Below are positions 60,501 to 64,000 of a stretch of 64,000 nucleotides of DNA, one piece after another. Origin of the DNA: Longimicrobiales bacterium (GTDB taxonomy: Bacteria > Gemmatimonadota > Gemmatimonadetes > Longimicrobiales > Gaopeijiaceae). The notes beneath the pieces were generated by a model. That model saw only the letters and a program-made list of their open reading frames with translations. It ran no database searches and was not told the origin of the DNA. The first letter of the stretch is position 1. The number at the start of each line of letters is the position of its first letter. The stretch covers positions 1 to 64,000 of the forward strand of contig CBDANQ010000056.1 in NCBI GenBank assembly GCA_965197725.1, in the 5' to 3' direction. Position numbers and translations under genes: made by a program.

Positions 60501-61153
60501 TGGGCGAGACCGAAGAGGTACTCTCGAGATTCTATGGCGCACTCGTCGACGAGATATGTGCGCAACGCCCCGACTACCTCACGGCGCCGTTCACGGTCGC
60601 GGAGATCTACCAGAACCTCGTTCCGTACGGTTCGCACCGTGACCGCATCGGTGTGCAGATGAACGGTGACTACGAAAACGCTCTGCTGCGTCTGCTCGCA
60701 GGGGAGGGCGGCTACCTGATCCTCGAGTCCGAGACGGCGCTCCGAAACCTTCGCGAGGAGCTCGAGTCCTCGAACCCCAACACCGGCGCGTACCGCGAGT
60801 ACGCCGCTGTAGACGTGCGCCTCAATTCCGACGGGCTCGCCGGACAGGCGGTCACTTCCCACGAGGTCCCCGTGGACGATCCGACCCTGCACGAGCCGGA
60901 TGGCGATGTCGACCCGGGCATTCTCGGCACCGCCGGGGCCGAGTCGGCCCAGGAAGCGTCGGAGTTCGAGTCCGACCACGAACCGCAGCCCTCTTGCCGC
61001 TCGTGCCGGGCCGATCTCCCGGAGAGGGGCACGCTGAACTTCTGCCCGTTCTGCGGCACGGACGTGCACCTCGTGACCTGCCCGGCGTGCGGCGCGGAGT
61101 TGGAGCCGGAATGGAGATTCTGCGCGGCCTGCGGCACCGAGGTCCACGCTTGA
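60497..61153 (+). CDS. Double zinc-ribbon protein with unassigned N-terminal domain
   Basis: CRSC, FCPFCG, CPACG, FCAACG. Confidence 0.85.
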   Translation: MMGETEEVLSRFYGALVDEICAQRPDYLTAPFTVAEIYQNLVPYGSHRDRIGVQMNGDYENALLRLLAGEGGYLILESETALRNLREELESSNPNTGAYREYAAVDVRLNSDGLAGQAVTSHEVPVDDPTLHEPDGDVDPGILGTAGAESAQEASEFESDHEPQPSCRSCRADLPERGTLNFCPFCGTDVHLVTCPACGAELEPEWRFCAACGTEVHA

Positions 61154-61605
61154 CGGAAGCGCTCCATCAGAGGCCCTTTCTTCTTGCGCTCCTGATCGTG
61201 GCCGCCGGCACGTCCTGTCAGGTGGACCCCGAGTTGCAGCCGGATGAAGTGCTGCGCTCTGAACTCGGATTGACTGATCGTGACGAGGTTCACCGCGTGG
61301 TCATCACGGGAGGGGACGTCGAGCTGGCCGCGCCGCGGGCCACCACGATTCAGCCCGGAGCCTACCTGGAGTTCGTGACCGGCGACTGGTTCGTGCATGA
61401 GATCATCTTCGAACTCGACTCGTTGCCACCGGACGCTCGGGCGTTCTTGGAGAGCACCGACCAGGTCGCGTCACCTCCGCTACTGCGGTTGGACAGCAGG
61501 TACGTGGTGAGCTTCGAGGGTTGCCCCCCCGGCCGGTATCCGTTCGTCCTGGAGGGCAGTGGCGCCGCCGGACGTGGGGTGGTGGTGGTCCAAGTGAGAC
61601 CTTAA
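61150..61605 (+). CDS. Lipoprotein with cupredoxin-like fold lacking the Cys/His/Met ligands
   Basis: Lipobox-like AGTSC; TIQPG..LEF...VHEIIF...PGRYPFVLEGSGAAGRGVVVV. Confidence 0.6.
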   Translation: MTEALHQRPFLLALLIVAAGTSCQVDPELQPDEVLRSELGLTDRDEVHRVVITGGDVELAAPRATTIQPGAYLEFVTGDWFVHEIIFELDSLPPDARAFLESTDQVASPPLLRLDSRYVVSFEGCPPGRYPFVLEGSGAAGRGVVVVQVRP

Positions 61606-61640
61606 GCTCCGAGCCTTCTAGGAACTTCTTCCGCGTGTAG

Positions 61641-62543
61641 ATGCCTAGAGTTGCGCTCATTCCCGGAGACGGTATCGGCGTCGAAGTCGTGCGCGAAGCT
61701 CGCCGCCTGTTGGAGGCGTTGAACGCGCCCGAAGGTCTCGGCTTGGAGCTGGTCGACTGGGACCTCGGTGCGGAGCGGTACCTGCGTGAGGGTGTCACGA
61801 TCACGGACGAGGAGTTTGCAGGAACAACGGACGAGGTCGCGATCGGGGAAGACGTGAACACGCGAAAGGGGGTGGCGGGGATCATCCCAGGACGGAACGC
61901 GCTGGTCGAGCCCGTGCACGGATCTGCTCCGGACATTGCGGGCAGGGGGACGGCGAACCCCATTGGGGCCATTCGTTGCGTTTCGCTCATGCTCGACCAC
62001 TTTGGTCATTCTGACCTTCCACGGACTGCTAGAGTTGCGCTCATTCCCGGAGACGGTATCGGCGTCGAAGTCGTGCGCGAAGCTCGCCGCCTGTTGGAGG
62101 CGTTGAACGCGCCCGAAGGTCTCGGCTTGGAGCTGGTCGACTGGGACCTCGGTGCGGAGCGGTACCTGCGTGAGGGTGTCACGATCACGGACGAGGAGTT
62201 TGCAGGAACAACGGACGAGGTCGCGATCGGGGAAGACGTGAACACGCGAAAGGGGGTGGCGGGGATCATCCCAGGACGGAACGCGCTGGTCGAGCCCGTG
62301 CACGGATCTGCTCCGGACATTGCGGGCAGGGGGACGGCGAACCCCATTGGGGCCATTCGTTGCGTTTCGCTCATGCTCGACCACTTTGGTCATTCTGACC
62401 TTGGGGAGCGTGTGGAGGCTGCGGTTGCCGCTTCGGTTGAAGCGGGGAGAACTACGCCCGACCTGGGGGGGAAGCACTCGACGGAAGATGTCGGCCAGTG
62501 GATTATCGCGCATGTCGCCGGGGTCCATGCCGCGAGCGATTAG
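61641..62543 (+). pseudogene. Isopropylmalate/isocitrate dehydrogenase-family gene with two internal deletions and an in-frame tandem duplication
   Basis: [12 protein letters not shown] and [12 protein letters not shown] each occur twice; the RENTEG and NxFGDIxxD substrate/metal segments are absent. Confidence 0.9.
61645..62402 (+). repeat. 374-bp direct repeat x2 (61645-62018 and 62029-62402) with a 10-bp spacer
   Basis: The copies read identical by eye; the period is 384 bp, or 128 codons. Confidence 0.97.
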
Positions 62544-62571
62544 AAGCGAACTAGAACAGGCGGAATCCGAT

Positions 62572-63834
62572 ATGGCGGAACGACGCACGATCGGTCAGAT
62601 ACTGATGAGCCTCGGGAAGATCGACGAGAAGGACGTCAACAAGGCCCTCGAGTACCAGAGGGACAACGGCGGCTACTTCGGTGAGGCGCTCCTGGGGTGT
62701 GGTTTCGTATCGGCGGACGAGCTCGAGTGGGGGCTCGCGTCCCAGTTCGACCTCCCGTACGTGTTCCCCGACGCCGATTAGATCGACCCGGAAGCCGCCG
62801 CGCTGGTTTCGCCCGAGTGGGCACTGGCGCACCTGACGCTTCCCATCTTGAAGACCGGCGACACGCTCACGGTCATCGTCGAGTCGCCCATCAAGACCGT
62901 GGCGGTCGATGATTTGCAAGCGCGCACTGACCTCAACATCGAACTGGCGCTGGCTTCGGCAGCGAAAATTCGGGAGTTGATCCGGCAGGTGTACGCGCGC
63001 GGCACGGCCGCCGAGGAGGCACGGCGTCCTTCACCGGTCTCGCTCACCGACGGGATGGGTCTCGCGCTCGAAGCCGGGTCGGGAAGGTTCGGTATCTCGA
63101 CTCGGGGTCACCGCGCCTGGTTCTGGTGGGATGACGTCGGCACTATTCGGCGGCGTCCGCTCGAAGGGCTGTGGGAGGCCGAGTTGGCCCAGCTCGTCGA
63201 CCCGGCCCCCATGGAACAAGTGAAGGGTCAGATTCGCGTAACGTTCGAGGGCGGACTGAGCAGGGCGGGAATCGTCACCCCGGTCGAGGTTCGGTACCTC
63301 TCGGATGAATCGGGTTTCGAGTTCCTGTTCCGGCCCCAGGAGGAGCGGTCCGCACTTCAGGATCGCTTCCAGGAGCCCAGCCCGGGCATACTCTCCGAGA
63401 TCAGGCTTCTGGCACGGTCGGGTTCGGCGCGTTTTGTCGTGACGTCCGATCCGATTGAGCTAGGCCACGAGATTCTGCCCCACCTGCCTAACCTCCTGCT
63501 CGATCCCTCCTGGCGCAGCATCTACATCAACGCGCAGGACCAGGACGCGGCCGAGGAGGCGTTCAGCATGAAGATGCCGACCGACCCGGAGCAATGGGCG
63601 AGTGAGCTGGAGACGCTACGCGCCTTCCACTTCGATGTCGTGACCGTCGACCTCACCGGTAACCAGGCCGACTGGGCAGGGAGTGCGTTGGACATCGCGT
63701 CTGTCGCATTCCTGCTTTGGCCGGCGAGCCAGGATCGACGTCCGGCGTACGAAGCCGGGATCCGCTGGGAGATGCACATCGCTCGAGAGGAAGGCGGTCA
63801 CGTCGAGCGGTCGCTCGAGCCCCTGCACGCGTGA
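62572..63834 (+). pseudogene. MshEN/GspE-N domain protein with degenerate PilB-like C-terminus; in-frame TAG at 62778
   Basis: TIGQILMSLGKI...ALEYQ...FGEALLGCGFVS..EL..GLASQFDLPYV; the frame continues DAD*IDPEAAALVSPEWA into ORF 62848-63834. Confidence 0.75.
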
Positions 63835-63872
63835 GACACGAGACCTACTGAAGCGCACGGAGAAACCGTCAC

Positions 63873-64000
63873 ATGGCGCAAATCGATCAATTCTTGAAGG
63901 TGCTCGTCGAGCAGGGGGGCTCGGACCTCCACCTCACGGTCGGTGCTCCTCCCATCATCCGAGTTCATGGTCACATGCAGCGGCTGAAATTCCGCGAGCT
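63873..64000 (+). CDS. pilT: Type IV pilus retraction ATPase PilT/PilU family, 5' part (runs off the window)
   Basis: MAQIDQFLKVLVEQGGSDLHLTVGAPPIIRVHG. Confidence 0.82.
   Translation, partial: MAQIDQFLKVLVEQGGSDLHLTVGAPPIIRVHGHMQRLKFRE

Noticed and set aside
42604..62780. In-frame TAG codons at 42604 and 62778 as amber recoding or pyrrolysine
   Set aside because: TAG is the normal stop of many intact genes here (typA, serA, arsC), other pseudogenes carry TAA or TGA stops, and no pyl genes are visible.

Overview
GC-rich bacterial window. The gene set (PorX-like regulator inside an LPS operon, TMTC-like GT-C protein, PadR with an ADOP-type remnant, M14 peptidase, MshEN/PilT) suggests Gemmatimonadota; this is an inference. 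Intact housekeeping and envelope genes include ppk1, proC, typA, serA plus a class V aminotransferase, cyoE, and a msbA-lpxL-GT2-DUF3108 / GT9-kdkA LPS cluster. They alternate with many eroded genes carrying frameshifts, in-frame stops or internal deletions, and with 50-150 bp orphan gene ends. One complete IS21 element (2098 bp, 6-bp TSD) and one 125-bp MITE are present, along with many CTAG-anchored IS-end-like scars. The most striking local structures are: (i) an in-frame 374-bp tandem duplication of an internally deleted isopropylmalate/isocitrate dehydrogenase gene, whose junction is an 18-bp IS-end-like sequence also found 40 kb away; (ii) a run of uncharacterised genes ending in a MshEN-domain, Walker-A-less PilB-like protein next to pilT; (iii) a PorX/PglZ regulator translationally coupled to msbA; (iv) an ops-like tandem repeat plus terminator upstream of a polysaccharide export gene. 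I saw no CRISPR array, rRNA, tRNA, reverse transcriptase or recognisable defence system. All family calls come from motif recognition by eye, not from database searches.
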